Notes under the pieces: model-generated
Databases searched by the model: none
What the model saw: only the letters and a program-made list of their open reading frames with translations
Told to the model about the DNA's origin: nothing
Shown here: piece by piece, positions 61,251 through 64,000 of the stretch
Layout: the number at the start of each line of letters is the position of its first letter
How positions within the stretch are numbered: position 1 is the stretch's first letter
Program-made: the position numbers and the translations under genes
From: Lachnospiraceae bacterium
Lineage (GTDB): Bacteria > Bacillota > Clostridia > Lachnospirales > Lachnospiraceae
Direction: 5' to 3'
DNA length: 64,000 nucleotides
NCBI GenBank assembly: GCA_022769005.1
Contig: JALEKK010000036.1
Span: 1 to 64,000, forward strand

Positions 61251-61517
61251 ATGATTTCAGCAGAAAAGAAACAGGCTATTATTAACGAATATGCAAGAAA
61301 ACCGGGAGATACAGGTTCACCTGAAGTACAGGTTGCCATTCTTACGGCAAGAATTAAGGAGCTTACAGAGCATCTTAAGGTTAATAAGAAGGACTATCAT
61401 TCAACAAGAGGTCTTTTAAAGATGGTTGGTAAGAGAAGAGGTCTTCTTGATTACCTTAAGAAGAAAGATCTTGAAGTATATCGTGAGCTTATTGCTAAGC
61501 TTGGTATTCGTAAGTAA
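61251..61517 (+). CDS. rpsO: 30S ribosomal protein S15
   Basis: 88 aa, [35 protein letters not shown].... ATG 61251 follows aatggagg. Confidence 0.95.
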   Translation: MISAEKKQAIINEYARKPGDTGSPEVQVAILTARIKELTEHLKVNKKDYHSTRGLLKMVGKRRGLLDYLKKKDLEVYRELIAKLGIRK

Positions 61518-61577
61518 TTATAGATAGAGACTGAAGGTTAAGCTTATTATACCTTTTAACACATATCGTATATTATT

Positions 61578-61612
61578 AAGCTTCCATATTGTAAGATATG
61601 GAAGCTTTTTAT
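61578..61612 (+). terminator. Rho-independent terminator after rpsO
   Basis: aagcttccatat-tgtaag-atatggaagctt followed by TTTT. Confidence 0.8.
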
Positions 61613-61628
61613 TTATCGGGAGAGAATT

Positions 61629-62354
61629 ATGTCAGGACATTCAAAGTTTTCCAATATTAAAGCCAAAAAAGAGAAGAACGATTCAGCAAAGGGAAAGATA
61701 TTTACAAGAATAGGAAAAGAGATACTTATCGCGGTTAAAGAAGGCGGTCCGGATGTAAATAACAATTCCAAGCTTCGTCAGGTTGTTGCAAAGGCTAAGG
61801 CAAACAATATGCCAAACGATAACATAGAAAGAAGTATCAAAAAGGCTGCTTCATCATCTGAAGCGGATTTAGAGAGTATTGTATATGAAGGATACGGACC
61901 AAACGGTACTGCAATAATAGTTGAAGCTCTTACTGATAACAGAAACAGAGCTGCGTCAAACATCAGATTCGCATTTACCAAAGGCCACGGCAATATCGGT
62001 ACTCCGGGATGCGTATCATTTATGTTCGATACAAAAGGTCAGCTTATAATAGATAAAGAAGAGTGTGATGTCGATACGGATACGCTTATGATGGCTGCTT
62101 TGGATGCGGGCGCCCTTGACTTTATCGAAGAAGAGGACTCATATGAAGTATTAACAGACCAAAATGATTTTGATACCGTAAGAGAAGCGCTTGAAGCAGA
62201 GGGAATTACATTTGCTTCCGCTGAGATAACAAGAATACCTCAAACCTACGTTACACTTACGGATGAAACGGATATTAAAAACATGAACAAGCTCCTCGAG
62301 ATGCTTGATGAAGACGATGATGTTCAGAATGTATATCATAATTGGGAAGAATAA
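61629..62354 (+). CDS. yebC: YebC/PmpR family DNA-binding transcriptional regulator
   Basis: [16 protein letters not shown]...; 241 aa, typical of YebC. Confidence 0.9.
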   Translation: MSGHSKFSNIKAKKEKNDSAKGKIFTRIGKEILIAVKEGGPDVNNNSKLRQVVAKAKANNMPNDNIERSIKKAASSSEADLESIVYEGYGPNGTAIIVEALTDNRNRAASNIRFAFTKGHGNIGTPGCVSFMFDTKGQLIIDKEECDVDTDTLMMAALDAGALDFIEEEDSYEVLTDQNDFDTVREALEAEGITFASAEITRIPQTYVTLTDETDIKNMNKLLEMLDEDDDVQNVYHNWEE

Positions 62355-62607
62355 TTTTTAAATATAATACATAAATTAAAAGCTCGAATCTGAGTGAGAT
62401 ATCAGACATTTACCGATTGTTCGGTAAATATGTTATATTTCACAGAGGTTTGAGCTTTTTATATTCTCTTTTATATTTCGGAAGAATGTTATACGTATAA
62501 TTTAATTAAAAACCGTCAAAAATCACACTTTATATTCCTCCTTTTTAATACTCATAAATTATGTTAATATTAAATACATACAATTTCTTGAAAATGTGGA
62601 TTAATTT

Positions 62608-63015
62608 ATGAATAAAAATAAACTGATAATACAGACAAAGCTTGCAATGTATGAAAAAAAAACAGGAAAAGATGCGGAGCAGCTTTTAAAAATCAAGAAA
62701 AGCTCATATGTTTTTCAAGGCGTTTTGTGGACTGTTATTTCAACAACGATAGCTTATATTTTATGCAGAATTATATATACCATGTTATTCGGTGATATAG
62801 CAGACAGCCTTATTAATTTTATGAATAACCCGTTGTTATTATTCCGTAAATTTTATGACATTACGATATATACAATAATGGAAGGGGTTTTCATACTTAT
62901 CGCATTTGCGATTTATTCCAAGAGATATTATCTGAAAGTTTCAGAGCTCAGGACATATCTGAACAGAAGAAATTACATAGAATCAATGAACAGCGAGGAG
63001 ACGACCGGTCAATGA
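62608..63015 (+). CDS. Hypothetical small membrane protein (135 aa, 2-3 TM)
   Basis: The ORF's 4-nt overlap (ATGA) with the next gene implies translational coupling. No family was recognised. Confidence 0.5.
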   Translation: MNKNKLIIQTKLAMYEKKTGKDAEQLLKIKKSSYVFQGVLWTVISTTIAYILCRIIYTMLFGDIADSLINFMNNPLLLFRKFYDITIYTIMEGVFILIAFAIYSKRYYLKVSELRTYLNRRNYIESMNSEETTGQ

Positions 63016-63968
63016 ATTTTTTATTACAGATACGAGAGCAATTTCTAAAATATTATGAAAAGCATGATTCTATAATAAGATTCCTGTTCAGATTCACGGT
63101 TTTGCTGTTATCTCTGTCCGTTGTTACATATATGATAGGCTTTGTATCCGTATTATGTATGCCGATAGTGATAGTGGGCATCTCATTTGCAGGAGCATTC
63201 GGGAAAAATTATGTGCAGCTGCTGATAATCGGAGCCGTGGTTATCATTCATATGTTTGCGATATCCACCGAACTCGGTGTAGTAATTTTGTTCATATTTA
63301 TAACAAGTTATCTTATATTGTTCCGGTTTGCCCCAAAAGCTTTAAATATCCTTCTTCTTACGGTTCTTTGCTTTGCATTAAAGGTACCGTATATACTGCC
63401 TATTGTTGTTGCTTTATATGCTCCGATTTCCTGCGTTTTTGCCGTTAACATAGGTATATTGATATATTACATAATGGAAAGCGTGAGCAAATTTGAGTTA
63501 AGTCTCACAAGAGATATTATGGGAAACGGTACCAATGCTCTGTTTGCCGTAAGAGATATTATTACCGATAAAGACATGCTTATTATTATGGCATCATTTA
63601 CCGTAATAATAATAGTAGTCGGAATGCTTAGAAATTCAAGTGTAAATTATGCATGGAAAATAGCCACGGTTGTGGGTACGGTTATTCAATTATTCTTAAT
63701 AGTAATATTGAATTTTATTTGGGAAGTGGAAACACCTATTGTTATGTTTATCATAGAAACGGGAATTGCGTTATTGATTGGCTTAATGAGCAGTGTCTTT
63801 GCATTTAATGCTTCCTATCTTAAGACCGAAAAAGTGGTATTTGAAGATGATGATTATTATTATTACGTAAAAGCAGTACCTAAGATTAAGGTATCCGTTG
63901 ACAATATAAAAGTAACACATATTAATGCTAAAAAGACAAAAGACAAAGATAAGAAGAAGGAGCAATAA
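63012..63968 (+). CDS. Hypothetical polytopic membrane protein (318 aa, about 8 TM, Lys-rich C-terminal tail)
   Basis: Long hydrophobic ORF coupled to the preceding gene. No family was recognised. Confidence 0.5.
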   Translation: MNFLLQIREQFLKYYEKHDSIIRFLFRFTVLLLSLSVVTYMIGFVSVLCMPIVIVGISFAGAFGKNYVQLLIIGAVVIIHMFAISTELGVVILFIFITSYLILFRFAPKALNILLLTVLCFALKVPYILPIVVALYAPISCVFAVNIGILIYYIMESVSKFELSLTRDIMGNGTNALFAVRDIITDKDMLIIMASFTVIIIVVGMLRNSSVNYAWKIATVVGTVIQLFLIVILNFIWEVETPIVMFIIETGIALLIGLMSSVFAFNASYLKTEKVVFEDDDYYYYVKAVPKIKVSVDNIKVTHINAKKTKDKDKKKEQ

Positions 63969-64000
63969 TTGTGTTTTCCGTATTAACTACATTTTTTGAT

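Noticed and set aside
62380-62460. Possible terminator after yebC (tttaccg-attgtt-cggtaaa hairpin)
   Set aside because: The perfect 7-bp stem is not followed by a U-tract. It was left uncalled.

Overview
This 64 kb window looks like a low-GC Firmicutes (Clostridia-type) chromosomal segment. It is almost entirely plus-strand housekeeping operons. They are: purL; an IDH1-type icd; hrcA-grpE-dnaK-dnaJ with a canonical CIRCE operator; ileS-fbp(class III)-apt; a MutS-like ATPase plus alaS; rpsU; phoH-ybeY plus two FAD flavoproteins; dnaX-ybaB-recR; tkt-uvrC; prp-obg-yhbY-nadD; and tRNA-Glu-rimP-nusA-ylxR-ylxQ-infB-rbfA-nrnA-truB-ribF, followed by rpsO and yebC. Two tRNAs are present: Thr-CGU on the minus strand and Glu-CUC on the plus strand. 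The DAHP synthase gene is the only clear minus-strand CDS apart from one membrane protein near the 5' end. An AT-rich accessory stretch lies between dnaJ and ileS, at roughly 12.5-20.2 kb. It carries a (GACA)9 microsatellite inside a tiny RBS-equipped ORF followed by a terminator, a 907-aa SPKTG sortase-anchored surface protein, and an SPFH / zinc-ribbon / TPM-domain three-gene membrane module with a trailing 54-aa ORF. Other notable items are a 1306-aa TPR / acidic-repeat / degenerate SpoVK-like AAA protein, an A_AAA_AAA slippery heptamer in dnaX, a non-T-box attenuator-like leader upstream of ileS, and several perfect palindromes in leader regions. I found no CRISPR array, transposase, integrase or rRNA. 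All calls below come from reading the sequence and from remembered family signatures. No database search was run.
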